Sequence record: NC_021529.2
Reading direction: 5' to 3' (one strand)
Length of the DNA stretch: 64,000 bases
Program-made: the position numbers and the translations under genes
In this document: positions 9,350-20,851 of the stretch, one piece after another
Layout: every line of letters begins with the position of its first letter
Numbering within the stretch: position 1 is the stretch's first letter
Notes under the pieces: generated by a model
What the model saw: the letters and a program-made list of their open reading frames with translations, nothing else
Told to the model about the DNA's origin: nothing
Database searches by the model: none

Positions 9350-10186
9350 ATGGGAGCATACGACGACAATACAGGTGGTATGTTCGCTAAATTGGAAAGT
9401 CAAAAAGGGTTTGACAAGATATACAACGAACATCTTGTTAACCCTTATTTCAATTGGGTGAAACACACCAACGAACAAAATCTAACAGACATGCTTGTTG
9501 CTGAATCAATCATCAACAGAGGTGTTGAGTGTATCTATTTAAGACGTGAACTACAGAACGTTGATCTGGTGTTCGGTGAAGACCCATTGAGCAAATTTAC
9601 TCAAAACTTCAGAATGGCTCTATACGTAGAATCGTTTGACGGCTGGGACGGAGACGGGGACTGGTACAGTAAGTTTGGATTTCAAGTCAGTGACGAAATG
9701 AACGTTTGCATAAACCCGAAGCTTTTTGAGCAACAAGGTGACGGAAACAAGCCACAAATGGGCGACTTGATTTATTTCCCACTTGCAAATAGCTTATTTG
9801 AAATCACTTGGATTGAGCGCGAAGACCCTTGGTACATGAACGGTGTTCTTCCTATGCGCAAGATGAAGATGACTAAATTCGTTTACTCTGGCGAAGAGAT
9901 TAATCTTGAGAAACCAGACGCAGTTATTGATTCTATTGATGACTTGTTGAACTTTGGATCGGATACTGACGAAATGATTGAAATTGATAAGATAAATGCA
10001 CTTGATGGACGATGGGATATCGGCATTGAGCAGGGTGAAGAGATTACACAAATCGAAGATGAAGTTGAAAAGTTCTATCAAGGTGAACAGGTAGCTCCTA
10101 ATGGGAGTGATATTAAACCAGAAGACCCTAGAAACACAACAATTGGATTTGGTGTAAATAATAGTAATCCATTCGATAATTTTTAA
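9350..10186 (+). CDS. 14: neck protein gp14
   Basis: LVAESIINRGVECIYLRRE...DLVFGEDPLSKF and GDLIYFP motifs. Confidence 0.95.
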   Translation: MGAYDDNTGGMFAKLESQKGFDKIYNEHLVNPYFNWVKHTNEQNLTDMLVAESIINRGVECIYLRRELQNVDLVFGEDPLSKFTQNFRMALYVESFDGWDGDGDWYSKFGFQVSDEMNVCINPKLFEQQGDGNKPQMGDLIYFPLANSLFEITWIEREDPWYMNGVLPMRKMKMTKFVYSGEEINLEKPDAVIDSIDDLLNFGSDTDEMIEIDKINALDGRWDIGIEQGEEITQIEDEVEKFYQGEQVAPNGSDIKPEDPRNTTIGFGVNNSNPFDNF

Positions 10187-10195
10187 GGGGGCATC

Positions 10196-11380
10196 GTGAA
10201 GGGGTATTTCTATCACAGATCGCTACGAAAATACGTTCTCTTGATGGGAAACTTGTTCTCTAACATATACGTGTCACGCGGAGATTCGTATAGAAAGGTG
10301 CCGATTACAGTTTCATCAAAGGAGCATTTCATTGCTTCATTGAACAGTCAAGAGCTTAACGGTAATGGTAGTGTTGCTAATGTTGCGACGCTACTACCAA
10401 GAATTGGCTTGGATATGGTTTCGTGTACGTATGACGCTACGCGAAAAACAAACATTGCGAATCGTAAGCTGACACGAGACTTTTCTGGCGACAGACCTAA
10501 GTCGAACAAGTTATTCAACCCTGTCCCTTATGATTTTGAATTTGAAGTGAGCATCTATACGAGACATCAAGATGACGCATTTCAGATAATTGAACAGATA
10601 CTACCGTACTTTCAACCTCAGTTCAATACGATGATCAAAGAACTTGATGAGAATGAAGTTATAGTCGATCAGCGTGACATTCCGATTATTTTGGAATCTG
10701 CTGTGCCTGAGACTACGTTTGAAGGTTCTGCTGGTGATATGCGTCACATAGAGTGGACGTTGAACTTGCGAATGAAGGGTTGGTTGTACCCACCTACAAA
10801 TGCACAGTTTGGTGAGATTCGAACGATCTATCTTGACTTCAATGAAGAAGAGCAAGTTATCATCAAAGCAGAGCGTGACACTGTTGAATCATCACTTGAA
10901 TCTGCATGGGGTGTTCGTGCGAGTGTTGATGGTGTACTTGAATCTATTTGGCGTTATGGTGTTGATTCGTTACTAGAAGCACCGTGGGATGTTCGTGAGA
11001 TAATCGAATCTAATTACGTTTCAACATGGGATAGTCGCGTGAGTATCGAAGATTCGTTGGATATTGATTATTACTCTCATGTCATGGTTGATACTTCACT
11101 TGACATAGATTACGAATCTCGAAATGGCGTTGAGATTGATTATTCACTTGATTTTGTAATGACTGAATACGCAATCAGTGAACTACAAACTGATTGGGTG
11201 AGTACGAGTTATGTTGACACATCATTAGACACTAACTGGGAAACAAGAGCTTCTGCTGAACTTGACTTGATTACGTCGTGGGAGTCTAGAAATGAAGTTG
11301 AATATGACTATTCTTCTTCGTGGGATATAAAAGACCAAGTCGATTCTTCAATCGAAGTAACATTCAATATTGAAAACTAA
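10196..11380 (+). CDS. 15: tail sheath stabiliser/terminator gp15 with acidic 14-aa-repeat C-terminal extension
   Basis: YFYHRSLRKYVLLMGNLFSNI, LPRIGLDM, QIIEQILPYFQP; GTG start. Confidence 0.9.
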   Translation: MKGYFYHRSLRKYVLLMGNLFSNIYVSRGDSYRKVPITVSSKEHFIASLNSQELNGNGSVANVATLLPRIGLDMVSCTYDATRKTNIANRKLTRDFSGDRPKSNKLFNPVPYDFEFEVSIYTRHQDDAFQIIEQILPYFQPQFNTMIKELDENEVIVDQRDIPIILESAVPETTFEGSAGDMRHIEWTLNLRMKGWLYPPTNAQFGEIRTIYLDFNEEEQVIIKAERDTVESSLESAWGVRASVDGVLESIWRYGVDSLLEAPWDVREIIESNYVSTWDSRVSIEDSLDIDYYSHVMVDTSLDIDYESRNGVEIDYSLDFVMTEYAISELQTDWVSTSYVDTSLDTNWETRASAELDLITSWESRNEVEYDYSSSWDIKDQVDSSIEVTFNIEN

Positions 11381-11384
11381 CATA

Positions 11385-11413
11385 GTCGGTATTCTAAATA
11401 TATGAATACCGAC
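11385..11413 (+). promoter_or_regulatory. 10-bp hairpin enclosing the late-promoter variant TCTAAATA (11393-11400)
   Basis: GTCGGTATTC-taaatatat-GAATACCGAC followed by ctcattttt. Confidence 0.6.
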
Positions 11414-11433
11414 CTCATTTTTGGAGAAATAAA

Positions 11434-11982
11434 ATGCCTATTGTAGCAGGTGATTTAAAATTTAATAAAAGTACTCATGTAGTATCAGCAGGTGTTGGGA
11501 ATGGAAACACCAACGAGCAGGAGATTGATTCTCTTGGTCTTGCTATCAGTGCGACTGAGCTTGTTTCTGGTGAACTTCACGGCCTATTCGATTCTGTGAT
11601 ATCTGACGAGGCACTTTTTGGACGAACTGAATATCGTCTGATCTATCTTCTGAACGATCATCCAACACTGACTCTATATGATGCTCGTGTGTTCATTTCA
11701 TCAAACACAATTTCTGCCAACTCTGAAATTGCAATTGGGTTTGACCCTGTAGCAGTTAACGGTGAGGACAGTTTGATTGCGTTAGCAGATGAAACAGATT
11801 CGACTACCCAACTTTCTGCCGTTACTTTCGGAACTCACTCGACGTTTGCAACTGGGTTGCTTGTTGGTGATTTGGCAGCAGGTGAACAGCGTGCGATTTG
11901 GGTTCGAAGAACAATCGACCCTAATGCTCCGGCGTCAAATGAATCAGCGACAATCACATTACGCGGTGACACTAACGCATAA
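11434..11982 (+). CDS. probable virion structural protein (182 aa), no T4 counterpart at this position
   Basis: Strong GGAG RBS, late context, beta-rich sequence (GLFDSVISDEALFGRTEYRLIYLLNDH...AIWVRRTI). Confidence 0.7.
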   Translation: MPIVAGDLKFNKSTHVVSAGVGNGNTNEQEIDSLGLAISATELVSGELHGLFDSVISDEALFGRTEYRLIYLLNDHPTLTLYDARVFISSNTISANSEIAIGFDPVAVNGEDSLIALADETDSTTQLSAVTFGTHSTFATGLLVGDLAAGEQRAIWVRRTIDPNAPASNESATITLRGDTNA

Positions 11983-12091
11983 TGCAGTTTAATCGCTGTG
12001 TGCAGCTCGTACACAGCGATTGATAACTTAATCTAGTGTTTGTACTCATATTATTGTAGAGACGCTTAGAATGCGTTTTAGAGAGGATCTT

Positions 12092-14399
<2,308 letters not shown>

Positions 14400-14400
14400 T

Positions 14401-14408
14401 TATAAATA
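14401..14408 (+). promoter_or_regulatory. late promoter for gene 18
   Basis: TATAAATA. Confidence 0.85.
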
Positions 14409-14445
14409 TTAAGAACAAACAAAACTTAAACGTAAGGAAAATTCA

Positions 14446-16461
14446 ATGGCTCTTTTATCTCCGGGCATCGAAAATAAAGAGATTAACCTTGCAAGTGCTA
14501 TCGGCAGAGCGGCAACTGGTCGTGCTGCTATGGTTGGTAAATTTGAGTGGGGTCCAGCTTATAAGATCACTCAAGTTACTTCAGAGTCTGACTTGGTTAC
14601 AATTTTCGGTCGTCCAAACGACTACACAGCAGCATCATTCATGACTGCGAACAACTTCTTGAAGTATGGTAATGATTTGCGTCTTGTTCGTATCTGTGAT
14701 GAAGCGACAGCGAAAAACGCAACTCCTCTTTACAACGCAGTTGAGTACACTATAGGTGCATCTAACGGTTGTATCGTTGGTGATGAAATCACGATTACAT
14801 ACTCTGGTGTTGGTCCGCTAACAGAAAAGGGTGTTGTTCTTGAAGTTGATGCTGGTAACAACAACGCTGCATCAAAGATTTACTTACCTTCTGCTGAAAT
14901 CGTAGCTGCTGCTAAAGCTGACGGCAACTATCCTGGCGTAGGTTCAATCACACTGCAACCAACTCAGGGTGATATCGCATTAACTAACATTGAAATCATC
15001 GACGACGGTTCAGTTTACTTCCCTAACATCGAATTTGCATTCGGTGCTCTAACGGAAATTGAAACTGAAGGCGGCGATTTGAAATACGCAGATTTGATTG
15101 AGAAACAAGGTTTCCCTCGTCTATCTGCACGTTACGTTGGCGACTTTGGCGATGCTATCTCAGTTGAGATCATCAACTACGCTGACTATCAAAATGCATT
15201 TGCATACGCTGCTGGTCATACTCTAGGCGACATCGAACTTCCAATCTACCCTGATGGTGGCACTCGTTCAATCAACTTGACTAGTTACTTCACATTCGGC
15301 CCAGCAAACAGCAATCAATACGCTGTAATTGTGCGTGTGTCCGGCGAAGTTGAAGAAGCGTTCATCGTTTCAACTAGCGCAGGTGACAAAGACGTGAATG
15401 GTCAATCGATTTACGTTGATGAGTACTTCGAAAACAGCGGTTCAGCTTACATCACTGCAATCGCAGAGGGCTGGAAAACTGAATCTGGTGCATACAACTT
15501 CGGTGGTGGCTCAGACGCTAACGCTGGCGCAGATGACTGGATTTTCGGTCTAGATATGCTATCTGATCCTGAAGTGCTTTACACTAACTTGGTGATTGCG
15601 GGTAATGCTGCTGCTGAAGACGTTGCAATCGCTTCGACTGTTCAGAAATACGCTATCGATTCAGTTGGCAATGTTCGTCAAGACTGTGTTGTATTCGTTT
15701 CACCGCCGGCTTCACTTGTTATTAACAAGCAAGCATCAACGGCAGTTGCGAATATTCAAGGTTGGCGTACAGGTATTGACCCAACAAACGGTCAAGCAGT
15801 TGTTGATAATCTAAACGTAAGTACAACTTACGCGGTGATTGACGGCAACTATAAGTATCAATACGACAAGTACTCAGATCGCAATCGCTGGGTTCCACTA
15901 GCAGGTGATATTGCTGGTCTATGTGCTTACACTGATCAAGTATCTCAACCATGGATGTCTCCAGCAGGCTTCAACCGTGGTCAGATTAAAGGTGTAAATC
16001 GTCTAGCTATCGACCTTCGTCGTGCGCATCGTGACGCACTATACCAGCTTGGTATCAACCCTGTAGTTGGCTTCGCTGGTCAAGGCTTCGTTCTATACGG
16101 CGACAAGACTGCTACACAGCAAGCAAGTGCATTCGACCGCATCAACGTGCGTCGTCTATTCAACTTGCTGAAGAAAGCGATCTCAGATGCTGCTAAGTAC
16201 CGTCTATTCGAATTGAACGATGAGTTCACACGCTCAAGCTTCAAATCAGAAATCGACGCTTACTTGACTAACATTCAAGATCTGGGTGGCGTATACGACT
16301 TCCGAGTTGTATGTGATGAGACTAACAACCCTGGTTCTGTTATCGACAGAAACGAGTTTGTAGCAAGTATCTACGTGAAACCTGCTAAGTCTATCAACTA
16401 CATTACGCTGAACTTCGTTGCAACGTCTACCGACGCTGACTTCGCTGAAATCATCGGCTAA
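14446..16461 (+). CDS. 18: tail sheath protein gp18
   Basis: MALLSPGIENKE, WMSPAGFNRG, FDRINVRRLF motifs. Confidence 0.98.
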   Translation: MALLSPGIENKEINLASAIGRAATGRAAMVGKFEWGPAYKITQVTSESDLVTIFGRPNDYTAASFMTANNFLKYGNDLRLVRICDEATAKNATPLYNAVEYTIGASNGCIVGDEITITYSGVGPLTEKGVVLEVDAGNNNAASKIYLPSAEIVAAAKADGNYPGVGSITLQPTQGDIALTNIEIIDDGSVYFPNIEFAFGALTEIETEGGDLKYADLIEKQGFPRLSARYVGDFGDAISVEIINYADYQNAFAYAAGHTLGDIELPIYPDGGTRSINLTSYFTFGPANSNQYAVIVRVSGEVEEAFIVSTSAGDKDVNGQSIYVDEYFENSGSAYITAIAEGWKTESGAYNFGGGSDANAGADDWIFGLDMLSDPEVLYTNLVIAGNAAAEDVAIASTVQKYAIDSVGNVRQDCVVFVSPPASLVINKQASTAVANIQGWRTGIDPTNGQAVVDNLNVSTTYAVIDGNYKYQYDKYSDRNRWVPLAGDIAGLCAYTDQVSQPWMSPAGFNRGQIKGVNRLAIDLRRAHRDALYQLGINPVVGFAGQGFVLYGDKTATQQASAFDRINVRRLFNLLKKAISDAAKYRLFELNDEFTRSSFKSEIDAYLTNIQDLGGVYDFRVVCDETNNPGSVIDRNEFVASIYVKPAKSINYITLNFVATSTDADFAEIIG

Positions 16462-16471
16462 GAGCAATAAC

Positions 16472-16497
16472 GAGGGGCTTTCCAGCCCCTCTAAATA
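16472..16497 (+). promoter_or_regulatory. GC hairpin overlapping late promoter TCTAAATA (16490-16497) for gene 19
   Basis: GAGGGGCT-ttcc-AGCCCCTC immediately followed by TAAATA. Confidence 0.65.
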
Positions 16498-16513
16498 ATA
16501 AGGTAAGAGAAAA

Positions 16514-17014
16514 ATGGCACTTAATGTAGATAACATTAAAAGAGCTTTCAGCAACGGTGATTTCGCTCGTCCTAACTTGTTCGAAGTTGAGATTCCGTAT
16601 CTGGGACAAAATTTTAAATTCCAATGTCGCGCTTCTTCAATGCCGCCAGGCAACGTTGAGAAATTAGAAGTATCATATCAGAACCGTAAATACAACATTG
16701 CGGGTGATCGTACTTTTGATGACTGGAACGTAACAGTTTACAACGATGAGAATCACGACATTCGAAGAGCAATCATTGCATGGCAAGCACGTGCTGCTGG
16801 TCTTGGAAAAGACATTTCTGGCGAAGCACCAGAGCAATACAAGCGCACTGGTACAATTACTCAGCTTGACCGCAATGGCGATCCGACAACTACTGCTACA
16901 GTATACGGTATTTTCCCGACTGTAGTTGGTGAAGTTTCACTTGATTGGGACTCAAACAACGAAATCGAAACGTTTGAAGTTACATTCAGTCTAGACTACT
17001 TCACAATTGAATAA
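16514..17014 (+). CDS. 19: tail tube protein gp19
   Basis: GDFARPNLFEVEIP, GDRTFDDWNVTVYNDE, LDWDSNNEIETFEVTF. Confidence 0.98.
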   Translation: MALNVDNIKRAFSNGDFARPNLFEVEIPYLGQNFKFQCRASSMPPGNVEKLEVSYQNRKYNIAGDRTFDDWNVTVYNDENHDIRRAIIAWQARAAGLGKDISGEAPEQYKRTGTITQLDRNGDPTTTATVYGIFPTVVGEVSLDWDSNNEIETFEVTFSLDYFTIE

Positions 17015-17050
17015 GAATTGGGGCGCAAGCCCCTTTTATTGAGGTAAGAT

Positions 17051-18598
17051 ATGTTAGAATTTATGAAATTCTGGGCGAAGGAAGAAGAACAGGATATTCA
17101 ACAAATTGAAAAACATCCGGTTCGTTCGTTTTCTGCGCCAGATAACGTTGATGGTGCTAAAGAGATTCATACTAACCTATTAGCTCCTCAGCTAGGACAT
17201 GCTGCGATTCCAACTGATGCTCAAGGTGAGGGTGCTATCCCTACTAAAGAGCTAATTAAAGGGTATCGAGCACTTGCAGAATATCATGAAGTCGATGATG
17301 CGATTCAAGAAATCGTCGATGAAGCAATCGTTTATGAAAACGATAAAGAAGTTGTGTGGTTGAACTTAGACAACACCGACTTCTCAGAAAGCATTAAAGC
17401 TAAGATCAATGAAGAATTTGACCGCGTTGTAAGTTTGCTGCAAATGCGTAAACACGGTTACAAGTTGTTCCGTAAATGGTACGTTGATTCTCGAATTTAT
17501 TTTCACAAGATCTTAGACAAAGAAAACAACATTATTGAATTGCGCCCGCTAGACCCGATGAAAATGGAGTTAGTGCGCGAGATTCAGAAAGAGACTGTTG
17601 AAGGCGTCGAGGTTGTAAACGGCACTCTTGAGTATTACGTTTACAAACAATCCGACTATAAAATGCCTTCATGGATGAGCGCAACAAACCGTGCTCAAAC
17701 ATCATTCCGTATCCCAAAAGAAGCAATCGTATTTGCTCATAGCGGGTTGATGCGTGGTTGTGCAGATGAGCCGTATATCATTGGTTATCTTGATCGTGCG
17801 ATTAAGCCAGCAAACCAATTGAAGATGCTAGAAGATGCGTTGGTTATCTATCGTCTAGCACGTGCTCCAGAACGTCGTGTATTCTATGTTGACGTTGGTA
17901 ACTTACCGACACAAAAAGCACAGCAATATGTAAACGGCATCATGCAGAACGTTAAGAACCGTATTGTGTACGACACATCAACGGGTAAAGTTAAAAACAC
18001 TACTAACGCAATGTCAATGCTTGAAGATTACTACTTGCCACGTCGAGAAGGTTCGAAAGGTACAGAAGTAAGCACGCTGCCTGGCGGTCAATCGCTTGGT
18101 GACATTGAAGACGTACTGTACTTCAACCGTAAGTTGTACAAAGCAATGCGTATCCCAACATCACGAGCTGCATCTGAAGATCAGGGTGGCGGTATTAACT
18201 TTGGTCAAGGCGCCGAAATATCGCGTGATGAATTGAAGTTTACTAAATTCGTGAAGAGATTGCAAACTAAATTCGAAACTGTAATCACAGATCCATTAAA
18301 ACATCAGTTGATTGTCAACAACATAATAACTGAAGAAGAGTGGGATTCGAATCACGAAAAAATATATGTGGTGTTTAACCAAGATTCGTATTTCGAAGAA
18401 TCGAAAGAATTAGAGATACTAAATAGTCGTATGAATGCAATGCGCGACTTGCAAGAATATGCTGGTAAATATTACAGTCATAAATACATTCAGAAGAACA
18501 TTTTGCGTTTGTCTGATGATCAAATCACTGCTATGCAGAGTGAGATCGACGAAGAAGAGACGAACCCAAGATTCCAACAAGACGATCAAGGATTTTAA
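17051..18598 (+). CDS. 20: portal vertex protein gp20
   Basis: EDALVIYRLARAPERRVFYVDVGNLP; MLEDYYLPRREG. Confidence 0.98.
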   Translation: MLEFMKFWAKEEEQDIQQIEKHPVRSFSAPDNVDGAKEIHTNLLAPQLGHAAIPTDAQGEGAIPTKELIKGYRALAEYHEVDDAIQEIVDEAIVYENDKEVVWLNLDNTDFSESIKAKINEEFDRVVSLLQMRKHGYKLFRKWYVDSRIYFHKILDKENNIIELRPLDPMKMELVREIQKETVEGVEVVNGTLEYYVYKQSDYKMPSWMSATNRAQTSFRIPKEAIVFAHSGLMRGCADEPYIIGYLDRAIKPANQLKMLEDALVIYRLARAPERRVFYVDVGNLPTQKAQQYVNGIMQNVKNRIVYDTSTGKVKNTTNAMSMLEDYYLPRREGSKGTEVSTLPGGQSLGDIEDVLYFNRKLYKAMRIPTSRAASEDQGGGINFGQGAEISRDELKFTKFVKRLQTKFETVITDPLKHQLIVNNIITEEEWDSNHEKIYVVFNQDSYFEESKELEILNSRMNAMRDLQEYAGKYYSHKYIQKNILRLSDDQITAMQSEIDEEETNPRFQQDDQGF

Positions 18599-18611
18599 GA
18601 GGTAGCAGATT

Positions 18612-18779
18612 ATGGGCTTAGAAACAATGGTAGCAGCAGCACGTGACGGCAAACTAGCTGATTTTGAGGCGCAATTTCGTCAAGAAATCGGGCAGCGTGT
18701 AGCAGCACGCATTGACGACATGAAGCAAGAACTAGGTCGTTCAATCACAGTAGACGGTGAAGTTAATCAGGGGGACTAA
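18612..18779 (+). CDS. 67: prohead core protein gp67 (55 aa; absent from ORF track)
   Basis: Hand translation MGLETMVAAARDGKLADFEAQFRQEIGQRVAARIDDMKQELGRSITVDGEVNQGD; between 20 and 68, with GAGGT RBS. Confidence 0.8.
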   Translation: MGLETMVAAARDGKLADFEAQFRQEIGQRVAARIDDMKQELGRSITVDGEVNQGD

Positions 18780-19264
18780 TGAAGTTCATTACCGAAGCCG
18801 TACAAGAGAAAATGGTAGAAGACTTGGTTGAAGCAGTACTTGACGGTCATTTAGATCGTCAAGACATCAGCGACACAATCAAGGCATTCGCAGAAGCTGA
18901 GGACATTGGGATTCATAGCAACGCTGAGATTACAAAATCGGTGAATGTTGTGCTTGATGCGATTAGTTCTCTTGAAGACGGGTTATCATTTGAAGAAGTT
19001 TGCGAGAAGTTCAATCTGAACGAACGTGAGGTCAAAAGCGTATCTGTGGGTCGTCAAAAAATGGGCGGACCTCTGATTAAACGTCAAAAAGATCGCGAGA
19101 CGCGCAAACGAAAAGCAACACAAACAACAGGGCTAAGTAAAGCTAAGCGTGTTAAAACTGCGAGAAAGGCAGCGAAGACACGTAGACACGACGTTTCTGG
19201 TCAGCGCAAGGCACTTAAAAAGCGCAAGAAGTCTAACAAGAAACGCAAACAATTGGGGCTTTAA
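18779..19264 (+). CDS. 68: prohead core protein gp68
   Basis: Basic C-terminus (RKRKATQTTGLSKAKRVKTARKAAKTRR); position. Confidence 0.9.
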   Translation: MKFITEAVQEKMVEDLVEAVLDGHLDRQDISDTIKAFAEAEDIGIHSNAEITKSVNVVLDAISSLEDGLSFEEVCEKFNLNEREVKSVSVGRQKMGGPLIKRQKDRETRKRKATQTTGLSKAKRVKTARKAAKTRRHDVSGQRKALKKRKKSNKKRKQLGL

Positions 19265-19266
19265 TT

Positions 19267-19908
19267 ATGGAATTGCAACTATTAATTGAAGACTGGGGAT
19301 TGTCAAGCGGGTTAGCTGAGAGTCACGGTGAAAAGCCTCTTGTTGAAGCAAAACTGCCTAAAGAAAAGGGTGGTGACTTGTATATTGAAGGGATTTTCAT
19401 GCAATCGAATGTCGTTAACCGTAATGGTCGTCGATATCCGAAAAAAGTAATGGAATCTGCGGTATCTAAATACATTCAAGAGCAAGTAACGACGAATCAA
19501 GCTTTGGGTGAGCTTAATCATCCAAGTCGCTCAAACGTTGACCCTGCTGAAGCTGCAATTCGTATTACAGAATTGTGGTGGGACGGTGACAACGTAATGG
19601 GAAAAGCAATCGTACTAAATACTCCGAAGGGACAAATCGTTAGAGGACTAATCGAAGGCGGTTGGGTTCCTGGCGTGAGTTCACGAGGTCTTGGTTCAGT
19701 TAAACAAGTTGACGGAATCAACGAAGTGCAAGACTTTCGTCTTACAGTCGGCGTAGATGTTGTATGGGGCCCTAGTGCACCATCTGCATACGTCAAGCCA
19801 GTAACTGAGTCAAATGAGCCTGCTAAATCAGTGAAAACAGTCGAAATTACAGAAAGTAATGACGCTGAATTTGCGAAACTAGCGGAAACGTTAAAAACTC
19901 TCTTATAA
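19267..19908 (+). CDS. 21: prohead protease gp21
   Basis: NRNGRRYPK, LGELNHP (His), GVSSRGLGS (Ser), VWGPSAP. Confidence 0.97.
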   Translation: MELQLLIEDWGLSSGLAESHGEKPLVEAKLPKEKGGDLYIEGIFMQSNVVNRNGRRYPKKVMESAVSKYIQEQVTTNQALGELNHPSRSNVDPAEAAIRITELWWDGDNVMGKAIVLNTPKGQIVRGLIEGGWVPGVSSRGLGSVKQVDGINEVQDFRLTVGVDVVWGPSAPSAYVKPVTESNEPAKSVKTVEITESNDAEFAKLAETLKTLL

Positions 19909-19940
19909 ATATATAAAACATATTTAAGGAATTGAAGAAG

Positions 19941-20780
19941 ATGCAAATCAAAGAGCAACTACTTGAAGCGGTATCACACGACGATACTAAAATCACTACT
20001 GCTTTGGATGGCATTTTTGAATCAGTTGAACTTTCCGAAGATGTTCGTAATAAGTTCAGCACTGTTTTCGAAAGTGTAATCAAAACTAAAGCTGTTGAGC
20101 TTGCAGAAGCGCATATCGCTGAAGCGGCTGAAAAAGCTGAAGCTGTAATCGCAGAGCACAAGCAAGATCTTGATGAAGCTGCTGAGAAGTACGGCGAACA
20201 TCTAGCAGAGCAGATGTCAAACAAACTAGATTCATACCTAGACCACGTTGTTGAAGCTTGGATGGCTGAAAACAAACTAGCGGTTGAAAATGGTCTGAAA
20301 GTTTCTATGTTCGATGGTCTTATGGAAGGTATGAAAAACCTATTCATCGAGAACAACGTTCACTGCCCTGATGACAAGATCGACATGATCGAAGCTCTTG
20401 AAGAAAACATTCAAGATCTTGAAGGTCGTCTAGACAGCGTTGTTGTTGAGAACCGTCAACACAAAGAATACGCTAACTACGTAGAAAAAAACATCATCAT
20501 CGAGCGCGTGACTGCTGGTATGGCTGACTCTCAAAAAGAGAAAGTTTCTGACCTAGCTGAGTCAATCCGCTTTGATGAAAATTTCGAAGACAATCTTTCA
20601 AGCGTGATCAAATTCGCTACTGGCATTAAACTAGCGGAAAAAGAAGAAGATCCGAAGAAAAAAGGTGAAGAAGAGCCTGCTGAAAAAGAAGGCGAAGATG
20701 AACCTAAGAAAGAACCAATGAAAGAATCCGCAGTACCATCTATGGCTGCATACTTAAACGCTGCTCGTAAAACGCGATAA
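19941..20780 (+). CDS. 22: prohead core scaffold gp22
   Basis: Acidic coiled coil, LDSYLDHVVEAWMAENKLAVENG; late promoter TATAAATA at 19904-19911; ATG 19941 preferred over TTG 19932. Confidence 0.92.
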   Translation: MQIKEQLLEAVSHDDTKITTALDGIFESVELSEDVRNKFSTVFESVIKTKAVELAEAHIAEAAEKAEAVIAEHKQDLDEAAEKYGEHLAEQMSNKLDSYLDHVVEAWMAENKLAVENGLKVSMFDGLMEGMKNLFIENNVHCPDDKIDMIEALEENIQDLEGRLDSVVVENRQHKEYANYVEKNIIIERVTAGMADSQKEKVSDLAESIRFDENFEDNLSSVIKFATGIKLAEKEEDPKKKGEEEPAEKEGEDEPKKEPMKESAVPSMAAYLNAARKTR

Positions 20781-20851
20781 GCAATAAAAACGTAAATTTA
20801 CGTTATATAAATACTTTTGTAAATTTTAGAACAAATTAAGGAATCATTCAA

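Noticed and set aside
11992-12022. 11-bp hairpin AATCGCTGTGT/ACACAGCGATT upstream of gene 16 as a pac site or terminator
   Set aside because: No U-tract and no supporting evidence; T4 pac-like sequences lie within gene 16. Function unassigned.
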